33,551 nt of DNA from Candidatus Woesearchaeota archaeon (lineage in GTDB: Archaea > Nanobdellota > Nanobdellia > Woesearchaeales > ARS49). The translations under genes were made by a program, and so were the position numbers. The stretch's first letter is position 1, and every line of letters begins with the position of its first letter. Under the pieces are notes generated by a model that saw only the letters and a program-made list of their open reading frames with translations, had not been told where the DNA came from and did not search any database. Shown piece by piece: positions 17,237 through 24,564 of the stretch. Where the stretch lies: contig JAPLZR010000042.1 of assembly GCA_026394935.1 (NCBI GenBank), positions 1 through 33,551 of the forward strand. The letters run 5' to 3'.

Positions 17237-18580
17237 ATGCATACAGCGATTATTGGCGCCCAATGGGGCGATGAGGGTAAGGGTAAGATTGTTGACATGC
17301 TTGCTGCCGAGCACGATGTTGTTGTTCGTTATAATGGCGGTCCGAATGCAGGGCATACTATTGTTGTTGGTGATAAGGAGATTATTTTGCATCAGGTTCC
17401 CAGCGGTGCTCCGCAGGGGAAGTTGTGTGTTATCGGCAATGGTTGTGTTGTAAATCCTGATCGTCTTGATGAGGAGTTGAAGCAGTTGTCTGACAATGGG
17501 ACTCCTGCTAATTTGCAGATTTCTGAGCGCGCTCATGTTATTACTCCTTATGATCTTTTGCTTGATGTAGGCTTGGAGATTTATAAGGGCAGGCAGGGCA
17601 AGAGGGTTGGCACGACTTTTCAGGGCATTGGTCCTGCGTACATGTTGAAAGCAGCCAGGACCGGTCTTACTTTTGGAGAGCTTTTGGAAACTGATAATTT
17701 GGCGGGCAGGGTTCAGGAGCTTCACGAATTCACAAAAGCGGTTCTCTCTGCTCTTGGTGTTTCTGGCGAGGATGTTTATTCTGCAATGAATAAAGATGAT
17801 TCTGCTGTGCGTATGAGCCGTGGTTTAAGGGCTTATTTTGAAAAAGAGATGGAGTTCAGAAAGGTATTGGACTCTTTGCAAGGGCATCGTGAGATGCTCA
17901 GCCCTATGGTTAGTGATATTTCTGTTTTGCTTTCTGAAGTTGATGATAATGGTTTGAGCATTCTTTTCGAGGGTGCTCAGGGTACCTTGCTTGATGTAGA
18001 CCACGGAACTTATCCTTACTGCACTGCTTCGAATGCGACTGTTGGCGGTGTTTTTGCAGGCACTGGTTTTGGAGGTCGTGTTGACAGGCGTATTGGTGTT
18101 TTGAAGGCTTACACTACAAGGGTTGGAGAGGGCGCGTTCCCGACTGAATTGAAGGATGAGACTGGTGCGCATATTCAGAAAAAAGGAGGGGAGTTCGGAG
18201 CTACTACAGGCCGTCCGAGGCGTGTTGGCTGGCTTGACCTTGTTATTGGCGAGTATGCTGCGCGTGTTAACGGTTTGACAGAGCTTGCTTTGACTAAGCT
18301 TGATGTTCTTGATGATTTGGATGAGATTGCTGTTTGTACAAGGTATAGCATTGATGGCAAGCCCGTCAGGCGTTTCCCTGCAAGCCCTCGGCTTCTTTCT
18401 CGCGCAGAGCCTTTCTACCAAGTATTTGGCGGGTGGAAGGCTGACACTACTAAGGCAAAAAGTTATGCAGACCTTCCTCCAAACGCGCAGGAATACATTT
18501 CTTTTATTGAGCAGGTTCTTCGCCTGCCTGTCAAATATGTTTCCAACGGTCCGAAGAGGGATCAGGTGATTGTGAGATGA
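17237..18580 (+). CDS. purA: Adenylosuccinate synthetase
   Basis: Motifs GAQWGDEGKGKIVD, GGPNAGHT, GTTFQGIGPAY and GATTGRPRRVGW are present. An SD (gaggtga) lies 6 nt upstream of ATG 17237. The track start 17117 overlaps guaB and is rejected. Confidence 0.95.
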   Translation: MHTAIIGAQWGDEGKGKIVDMLAAEHDVVVRYNGGPNAGHTIVVGDKEIILHQVPSGAPQGKLCVIGNGCVVNPDRLDEELKQLSDNGTPANLQISERAHVITPYDLLLDVGLEIYKGRQGKRVGTTFQGIGPAYMLKAARTGLTFGELLETDNLAGRVQELHEFTKAVLSALGVSGEDVYSAMNKDDSAVRMSRGLRAYFEKEMEFRKVLDSLQGHREMLSPMVSDISVLLSEVDDNGLSILFEGAQGTLLDVDHGTYPYCTASNATVGGVFAGTGFGGRVDRRIGVLKAYTTRVGEGAFPTELKDETGAHIQKKGGEFGATTGRPRRVGWLDLVIGEYAARVNGLTELALTKLDVLDDLDEIAVCTRYSIDGKPVRRFPASPRLLSRAEPFYQVFGGWKADTTKAKSYADLPPNAQEYISFIEQVLRLPVKYVSNGPKRDQVIVR

Positions 18581-20004
18581 GTCTTACAGAGCTGTTAGCC
18601 ATATCTCCTGTTGATGGCAGGTATCGTGAGGATGTTCAGGAGCTTGCTCCTTTTTGTTCTGAGTTTGCTTTGATTAAGAACAGGGTTAAGGTTGAAGTGG
18701 AATACTTGCTTGCTCTTGAGTCCGTCGGAATGATTGGTTTTGATAGTGCTGAAAGGCTTGCTTTGAGAAATACTTATGTGCATCTTTCAGAAGAGGATGC
18801 TCAGTTGATCAAAAACATTGAGACAAAAGGAGTGTCCGGCATTAACAACGGCAAGAAAACTGACCACGATGTCAAGTCTGTTGAGTTGTTTTTGAAACAC
18901 GTATACAAGAATTCCACGCTTAACAGGGCTATGGAATTGTTCCACATTTTCCTTACTTCTGAGGATGTTAACAACATTTGTTATTCTGTTATGCTTAAGG
19001 ATGCTGTTTACAAGTGTTTGATTCCTGCATTGGTTAAGCTTGAAGACAAGCTTGTTGCTATGGGTGACCAGTACAAAGCTATGCCTATGCCTGGCAGGAG
19101 TCACGGTCAGCACGCGATTCCGACAACTGTTGGAAAGGAATTGATGATTTTTGGTGAAAGGGTTGCCAAGCAGATGAAAGATTTGAGTGAAATCAGTCTG
19201 GAAGGAAAACTGAATGGCGCTATGGGCAATTACAGTGCGTTTTATGCTGGCAAGCCTGATGTTGATTGGCAGAAGTTCAGTAAAGCGTTTGTTGAATCAT
19301 TCGGCTTGAAGCACAATCCGTTTACAACGCAGATTGAGCCTCACGACAGCATGGCTGACATGTTCTATAAGCTTGCTCACATCAACACCATTCTTCTTGG
19401 CACTGATCAGGATATGTGGGGTTACATTAGTGATGAGTATTTTGTTCAGAAGCGCGAAGAAGGTGTTGTTGGCTCGTCTACTATGCCTCAGAAGATTAAT
19501 CCTATTAAGTTTGAGAATAGTGAGGGTAATTTGGGTATAGCTAATGCGTTTTTGCATTATTTTGCTACAAAACTGCCTGTTTCGCGTTTCCAGCGTGATT
19601 TGAGTGATAGTACTGTTCAGCGCTGGATTGGCACTGCTCTTGGTGCTGCGCTTGTTGCTTACAAGAATACTCTCAGGGGTCTGAACAAGTGTGAGCCTGG
19701 TGCGGTTTATCTTGGTAATGATTTGGATAAGCATTGGGAAATGCTTTCAGAGCCTATTCAGCAGATGTTGAGGGTTGAGGGAATTCCTGATGCGTACAAT
19801 ATGTTGAAAGATTTGACTCAGGGAAGGAATTGGACTCGTGATGATGTTGTTAATTTTGCTGACAAGGCGCCTGTGCGTCCTGAGGTTCGTGATAAAATAT
19901 TGGCTTTGACTCCGTTTAATTATGTTGGCAAGGCTCCAGAGCTGACTGTTGACTCTATTGCGCGCGTAAAAGATATTTTGGGAGATGTTAAAAGGTGCGC
20001 TTGA
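18577..20004 (+). CDS. purB: Adenylosuccinate lyase
   Basis: Fumarate-lyase signature GSSTMPQKINPIKFEN is present, with an SPVDGRY N-terminus. ATGA overlap with purA. Confidence 0.95.
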   Translation: MSLTELLAISPVDGRYREDVQELAPFCSEFALIKNRVKVEVEYLLALESVGMIGFDSAERLALRNTYVHLSEEDAQLIKNIETKGVSGINNGKKTDHDVKSVELFLKHVYKNSTLNRAMELFHIFLTSEDVNNICYSVMLKDAVYKCLIPALVKLEDKLVAMGDQYKAMPMPGRSHGQHAIPTTVGKELMIFGERVAKQMKDLSEISLEGKLNGAMGNYSAFYAGKPDVDWQKFSKAFVESFGLKHNPFTTQIEPHDSMADMFYKLAHINTILLGTDQDMWGYISDEYFVQKREEGVVGSSTMPQKINPIKFENSEGNLGIANAFLHYFATKLPVSRFQRDLSDSTVQRWIGTALGAALVAYKNTLRGLNKCEPGAVYLGNDLDKHWEMLSEPIQQMLRVEGIPDAYNMLKDLTQGRNWTRDDVVNFADKAPVRPEVRDKILALTPFNYVGKAPELTVDSIARVKDILGDVKRCA

Positions 20005-20044
20005 TTCAATAGTTTTTTATAATTTTTTATCTTTTTCTTAATTT

Positions 20045-20752
20045 ATGCTTAAACTATCACCTAACATTTATGCGATTGACCTGTGCATTTACTTGTCTGA
20101 CATTAAAGCATTAATCATCTCAGACCTGCACCTTGGCTATGAGGAATCTTTGCAGAAGCGCGGTGTTCTTGTTCCTAAGACGATGTTTAAGCTGATAATA
20201 AAGCGTTTGGACTGGATTCTTTCTCAGGTTTCTGTTGAAAAGGTTATCTTGAACGGTGACATTAAACACGAGTTTGGCACGATTAGCGTGCAGGAGTGGC
20301 GTGAAGTGTTGCGTTTGATTGAGTATTTTGAGAAAAAGGATATTGAAATTCTTGCCATTAAGGGTAATCATGATACTATTTTCAGTCCTATTGCGAGAAA
20401 AAAGCAGATTAAAGAGGTTAAGGAAGCGCGTCACAAGGACATTTTGATTGCTCATGGCGATTACGTTCCTGAAAAGCTTTCTAAAATCATCATTATTGGT
20501 CACGAGCATCCTGCAATAACATTGAGAGAAAAAGCTAAATCTGAAAAGTTCAAGTGCTTTCTGAAAGGTAGATTCAAAAAGTCTGTTTTAATCGTTCTGC
20601 CTTCTTTTAATCCTTTGACTGAGGGTTCTGATGTCTTGAAAAAAGAGGTGTTGAGCCCGTTAATCAAGAATATCTCAAATTTTGATGTTTACATTGTGGA
20701 TGACAAGACTCATGAAGTTATGGCTTTTGGGAAAATTAAGACCCTAGTTTGA
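20045..20752 (+). CDS. Metallophosphoesterase (archaeal SbcD-related / ligase-associated PdeM-like type)
   Basis: Calcineurin-like motifs are present in order: ISDLHLG, NGDIKHEF, GNHD, GHEHP. Confidence 0.8.
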   Translation: MLKLSPNIYAIDLCIYLSDIKALIISDLHLGYEESLQKRGVLVPKTMFKLIIKRLDWILSQVSVEKVILNGDIKHEFGTISVQEWREVLRLIEYFEKKDIEILAIKGNHDTIFSPIARKKQIKEVKEARHKDILIAHGDYVPEKLSKIIIIGHEHPAITLREKAKSEKFKCFLKGRFKKSVLIVLPSFNPLTEGSDVLKKEVLSPLIKNISNFDVYIVDDKTHEVMAFGKIKTLV

Positions 20753-20870
20753 ACGATACCGGCTCTTCTTCTTCAGAGAACCATCTGTCGCTTCCTTCGC
20801 AGTGCCCGCAGTGTTTGCATACTGACTGGAGCTCTCCGTATTTTTCCCTGTGACATTTAGGGCAGTTCAT
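20736..20870 (-). CDS. Small zinc-ribbon protein (44 aa), paralog of 20916..21053
   Basis: Hand translation gives MNCPKCHREKYGELQSVCKHCGHCEGSDRWFSEEEEPVSFKLGS*. It has two CxxC pairs. It is below the ORF-track size cutoff and overlaps the phosphoesterase 3' end by 17 nt. Confidence 0.5.
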   Translation of the reverse strand: MNCPKCHREKYGELQSVCKHCGHCEGSDRWFSEEEEPVSFKLGS

Positions 20871-20915
20871 GGTTATTTAAGAAAAAGTTGATGTTTATAA
20901 GTTTAATTGTGAAAA

Positions 20916-21053
20916 TCAGAATTCGCTTAAAGGTATGCTTTCATCTTCGTTGTTGAACCATCTGTCTCCTCCTGAGTCGAATGTGTAGTTGCAGTGCCTG
21001 CAGAAGCTCTGCAGTTCTCCTATGACTTCTTTATCACATTTTGGGCATTTCAT
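20916..21053 (-). CDS. Small zinc-ribbon protein (45 aa), paralog of 20736..20870
   Basis: Hand translation gives MKCPKCDKEVIGELQSFCRHCNYTFDSGGDRWFNNEDESIPLSEF*. It shares M.CPKC..E..GELQS.C.HC...DRWF with its neighbour. Confidence 0.55.
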   Translation of the reverse strand: MKCPKCDKEVIGELQSFCRHCNYTFDSGGDRWFNNEDESIPLSEF

Positions 21054-21114
21054 GTTATTAGAACAAGTCCCGCCAACCCTTGCGGACTGGCGGGATTGTC
21101 GTAGTGAGTGAAGA

Positions 21115-21219
21115 CTATGAGTCTGGCTCGTCTTTGAGTACGCACATTCTGCATACGTACGAGTCTTGGCACCACAGCCCCATTATTTCCCCGCATCCCA
21201 CGCAGTATGCTCTTTTCAT
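21115..21219 (-). CDS. Small zinc-ribbon protein (34 aa)
   Basis: Hand translation gives MKRAYCVGCGEIMGLWCQDSYVCRMCVLKDEPDS*. GGAGGTG lies 10 nt upstream of the ATG. Confidence 0.5.
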   Translation of the reverse strand: MKRAYCVGCGEIMGLWCQDSYVCRMCVLKDEPDS

Positions 21220-21373
21220 CGGTTACAAACACCTCCAAACATCATCCATCATATGTCTGGAACATTGAAATTTTCATCGTCTCATCATCTTTTTAATGAA
21301 ACCGTCAAAACATTCATCACTTTGGTGCAATCCTACGAACTCCCTGATTTCTTCTATGTCCCGGATGAAGACT

Positions 21374-21550
21374 TTATTCAAGTTCTTCCTCTTCTTTCCA
21401 GTTGTCCATCATTTCTTTGTTTGCTTCCTCTACGCCTTGTTCGAAGGCAAGCTCACGTGCTGATTCTTCATCCATTCTATCTTCTGTGATTTCTTCTTCG
21501 TCTTCCTCGAACGGGTCAGGGAAGACCTTTTCAAACTCCATGCTTTTCAT
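21374..21550 (-). CDS. Small highly acidic protein (58 aa)
   Basis: Hand translation gives MKSMEFEKVFPDPFEEDEEEITEDRMDEESARELAFEQGVEEANKEMMDNWKEEEELE*. GGAGGTGGGAG lies immediately upstream of the ATG. Confidence 0.55.
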   Translation of the reverse strand: MKSMEFEKVFPDPFEEDEEEITEDRMDEESARELAFEQGVEEANKEMMDNWKEEEELE

Positions 21551-21658
21551 CTCCCACCTCCGCCCAACCGTAAGGGTTCTATAGGCAGAATGCCCTTTAT
21601 ATCTTTCCCTAATAGAATATAAAATTTATATAAAAAAAGAAATATTAATAATTAACGG

Positions 21659-21671
21659 AAAGATTTATATA
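21659..21671 (+). promoter_or_regulatory. TATA-box candidate (aaagatttatata) for the AbrB-PhoU gene
   Basis: TTTATATA lies ~45 nt upstream of ATG 21716, and a GGAGGG SD sits at 21704-21709. The same aagatttatata string recurs at 32622-32634. Confidence 0.45.
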
Positions 21672-21715
21672 GAAACTTATGCTTCCTTAATTTTAATATA
21701 TTTGGAGGGTTTATT

Positions 21716-22651
21716 ATGAGACGCAAAGTCATCCAGATTGCTGAATCTACACAGTTGATTTCATTGCCCAGGAAGTGGGCTTTGCAGCATAATATCAAGA
21801 AAGGCGATGAGCTCGAGGTTGAGATTGATGGCAGCAAGATAGTAGTGAATACCGACAGCACTCCTCCGTATACGAGCATCGAGGTTGATGTGTCTAATCT
21901 GGACAGGACCTCAATAGTCTTTATGATACGCGCGTTATACAAAAAAGGGTACGATGAAATAAAGCTAAGATACAATGCGCCCACAGCCCATCACTATCGC
22001 ACAGAAAAAGAGGTTAACGTCAGCACAATTGTCCACCAGGAAGTCAGCAGGTGTCCTGGTTTGGAGGTTATTGAGCAGAAGGATAATTATTTCATCCTGA
22101 AAGCTATCTCTGTTGCCGACCCTAAAGAGCTTGACAACATTCTGCGCAGGACATTTATTTTGATCTCTGACACCAACAAGGATTTTGTTCTTGCTTGCAA
22201 AAACAATGACCGGTCTTTGCTTGAATCTATCGAGGAAAAGCACGATAACGCGACGCGTTTCATTAATCATTCCTGCCGTCTTATCACAAAGAGTCGGCAC
22301 AATTCAAACACTGCTCACTTTTTGTATACCATTGTTTCAATGATGGATAAGATTCTTGACGTTATGAAGGACGGCGCCCGTTATATGCTGCTTTATAACA
22401 AAAAAATACGGCCTGAAACATTCGAGATTCTTGATTTTATGTGCAAATCTTATGGTACATTTTATGAGATGTTCTACAAGTTTGATCTGACGAAGGTGCA
22501 CAAGATGAATGAGGACAGGGAAACAATACACCAGCGGGTTCAGAAAGCGAAGAATATTCCAAAAGAGGAAATTCAGCTGCTTTATGACATGCACCAATCC
22601 CTTGAATTGTACCGCGCATTGACAGAGGCGCGAATGTCGATTGAGTATTAA
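21716..22651 (+). CDS. AbrB/SpoVT-domain + PhoU-like phosphate uptake regulator
   Basis: The N-terminus (RKVIQIAESTQLISLPRKWALQHNIKKGDELEVEIDGSKIVV) is a SpoVT/AbrB swapped-hairpin pattern. It is followed by a ~200-aa helical region with two PhoU-like repeats. Confidence 0.7.
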   Translation: MRRKVIQIAESTQLISLPRKWALQHNIKKGDELEVEIDGSKIVVNTDSTPPYTSIEVDVSNLDRTSIVFMIRALYKKGYDEIKLRYNAPTAHHYRTEKEVNVSTIVHQEVSRCPGLEVIEQKDNYFILKAISVADPKELDNILRRTFILISDTNKDFVLACKNNDRSLLESIEEKHDNATRFINHSCRLITKSRHNSNTAHFLYTIVSMMDKILDVMKDGARYMLLYNKKIRPETFEILDFMCKSYGTFYEMFYKFDLTKVHKMNEDRETIHQRVQKAKNIPKEEIQLLYDMHQSLELYRALTEARMSIEY

Positions 22652-24213
22652 TTTCCCAAAGGCGATTTAAAGGGAAATCTTTGAAGGTTTTGCGAGAAAG
22701 ACTGCCAGAAATTTATGTCGCCTGCATTTAGTTTTATTGCCCTGTAAAACTTGCCTCCTGTTTTTGCATAGCCGAATGTGACTGCATATATGCTGTCTGC
22801 AGGGTTTCGGTCTTTAAAATCGTCTCCGAGCATATACAGCAAACCATCGTTAAAAGCAGTCAGTGAGTCGTGGCATTTGCCATAGACGGACAATGGAATG
22901 AAATTTCTATGGGAGTTTCTCGCTCGCGATTCAAGACCTGCTGACATTTCTATCAGGTCAAGTGTTGCTTCCCGATAATCTATGTCTTCTTCACTTCTTT
23001 TCCAAGGCTCCATAAAAACTCCGAACCTGCCATAGGAATCAGAATGGCACGCCACTCTTTGTCTTTGAAGACAGGCAACTCTGCTTTGAGGAATGTGCTT
23101 TTCTTCAGCATATGCAAATGTAATGTCGCTCGGGATGGTCAGGGTTATCGGCTCGTTTCTGGCTATTCTTGAAAACAGGTCGTGCGGAAATACGCTGTGA
23201 AGAACTGAATCCACGTAGTTCTGGCTTGAATTATTTCGCTCCCACTGTATTATTGAGCGCAGCAGGCGTGCTGATTCTTCAGGGGTTGAATGCGTGGTGT
23301 TTATAGAATATTTATACAAATCTCTGCTGTCAAGAAAATATTCTATGCTGGCTTGAAGAGCATTCATGCGGCGTTCTTTTTCATCAAGAGGCGCTTTTCT
23401 GCGAAGAAGCCTCTCGCGAAGGACTGGAAGGTCTGCATGAAATAGTATTGGCACAGAAATATTTGGGTTGATTGCATCAAGTTTTTCCTTGATTTCGCCG
23501 ATGACGTCAGTGGTTAATGTGACCATTGCGTCGGTTCCGCGTTTTAACAGCTGTTCAAGGCTGGACGGAATGCCATATTTATGGCCTTGTATATCAAAAG
23601 TGTAGAAAAACTTGCCGTCGCGCTCCATTTTCGCAAATCTTTCTTTTGTAATGAACTGGAAATCCACTCCTTTTTTTTCATCGCTTCGCCTGGGCCGGGT
23701 GGTATACTTCTGTATGAAAACAACGTTCGGGTCATCTTTTACTCGATAACCCGCTTCAGTTTTTCCTGCGCAGGTTGGACCAACAAGAAAATAGCATTTG
23801 CCCGGTCTTGCTGCAGGGCTGGCCTCTATTGGCGTAATGTAGTCGCTTGCAAAACGTCTTAATAACAGTGGCGCTTCTTCCCTGATCCAGAAAACAGTGA
23901 TGTGCTTGTCTGACGCTGAACGCCTGTCTGCTTCTGTTCCAACTGCGACTACTTGTGCGTTTGGGAAAAGCCTGTACACTTCATCCGCTAATCCTGCGAT
24001 GTGCTTTCCTTCTATCAAAACAAGGTCGAATTCTGCTTTGTGGGCTTCAAACTGTCCCAATTCTTCTGGCTTGATTGTTCTTCCTAAAAGGGACATGACG
24101 TCAAATCCTTCGAGTTCTTTTTTGAATAAACGCGGATCTTTTTCAGCAAGAATGAGTGCTTTCGGAGGTTGTTCTGGTTCGATTAAATAAGTGGATTCAA
24201 GTTTGTTTATCAA
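22648..24213 (-). CDS. Multidomain protein: degenerate receiver-like domain, guanylate-kinase-like domain, unknown C-terminal domain; start uncertain (frame open to 24513)
   Basis: TTG start at 24213. aa 17-125 are receiver-like (KALILAEKD, FDLVLIEG, VVAVGT). aa 138-325 are GK-like (GPTCAGKT, TTRPRRSDEKKGVDFQF, HKYGIP). aa 330-521 are unassigned. The same frame has no stop until TAA at 24514-24516. Confidence 0.8.
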   Translation of the reverse strand: MINKLESTYLIEPEQPPKALILAEKDPRLFKKELEGFDVMSLLGRTIKPEELGQFEAHKAEFDLVLIEGKHIAGLADEVYRLFPNAQVVAVGTEADRRSASDKHITVFWIREEAPLLLRRFASDYITPIEASPAARPGKCYFLVGPTCAGKTEAGYRVKDDPNVVFIQKYTTRPRRSDEKKGVDFQFITKERFAKMERDGKFFYTFDIQGHKYGIPSSLEQLLKRGTDAMVTLTTDVIGEIKEKLDAINPNISVPILFHADLPVLRERLLRRKAPLDEKERRMNALQASIEYFLDSRDLYKYSINTTHSTPEESARLLRSIIQWERNNSSQNYVDSVLHSVFPHDLFSRIARNEPITLTIPSDITFAYAEEKHIPQSRVACLQRQRVACHSDSYGRFGVFMEPWKRSEEDIDYREATLDLIEMSAGLESRARNSHRNFIPLSVYGKCHDSLTAFNDGLLYMLGDDFKDRNPADSIYAVTFGYAKTGGKFYRAIKLNAGDINFWQSFSQNLQRFPFKSPLGN

Positions 24214-24512
24214 ATTCGCTATCTGGCGCGCTCCGCTGTCTCTTGGCAGGGTGTAAACGTGTTCGCTGTTGAAAAGTGTTTGTATGATTTTTTCTTGTGA
24301 CGGGTCGCAGACTACAACAAGGGGACTGTCGGGTCTTTTTTTGATAAGTCCTGCTATCTGCGATTGTCCTATGACCGGGTCTAGCGGGTTAAAAGCATCG
24401 TAGAAAATTACGTTTACATTTGAATCAGCCGCGTGTTGTAAATCCTGGCTTCTGAAAGAATATTCTGCACCCTCAACTGCACTGCGTACTCTGGTGAGGA
24501 AATACCAAAAAC

Positions 24513-24524
24513 TTTATAAATATA
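24513..24524. promoter_or_regulatory. TATA-like element in the 24214-24564 divergent region
   Basis: tttataaatata lies ~41 nt upstream of ATG 24565, and GGGGGGAGA lies just before that ATG. Confidence 0.4.
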
Positions 24525-24564
24525 CCGAATTTATGACTACCACGCAGTAGCACTAGGGGGGAGA

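Noticed and set aside
17825-18421. Long antisense ORFs opposite well-supported genes. Examples: 17825..18421 and 17219..17725 vs purA; 28956..29567 vs the RimK-like gene; 26954..27526 vs lysS; 26172..26702 vs HAD; 5446..5907 and 6628..7023 vs lhr; 13591..14022, 14620..15054, 15193..15648 and 16837..17298 vs the pur genes.
   Set aside because: Their translations are low-complexity (L/S/N/R/T/I-rich) with no motifs. Each lies fully inside a gene with strong family signatures on the other strand. They are shadow ORFs favoured by the biased codon usage.
21068-21095. GC-rich hairpin tcccgcca-N12-tggcggga, considered as a tRNA or ncRNA fragment because it sits in a locally GC-rich patch.
   Set aside because: The flanks show no cloverleaf arms, no T-loop (GTTCRA) and no further covarying stems. 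It is more simply an inter-ORF hairpin downstream of the 34-aa ORF. It has no T-run, so I do not call it a terminator either.
21230-21373. Possible ~35-aa TTG-initiated minus-strand ORF (..NKVFIRDIEEIREFVGLHQSDECFDGFIKKMMRR) between the acidic ORF and the 34-aa zinc-ribbon ORF.
   Set aside because: It has no ATG and no SD, and it overlaps the acidic ORF's 3' end. The evidence is too weak to call.
21050-21584. Track ORFs 21050..21238 (-), 21080..21268 (+), 21166..21489 (+) and 21402..21584 (+).
   Set aside because: They have no start context and their composition is implausible (S/L/H/P-rich). The region is better explained by the short minus-strand zinc-ribbon and acidic ORFs that have SD sites.
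24514-24564. Rescuing a start for the REC/GK gene through a frameshift in the T5 run (24506-24510 region), linking to an upstream GTG frame (VLLRGSHKFGIFIKF...).
   Set aside because: The resulting N-terminus has no receiver beta1/acidic-pair character. It would run through the shared TATA element into the neighbour's SD, so this rescue has no support.
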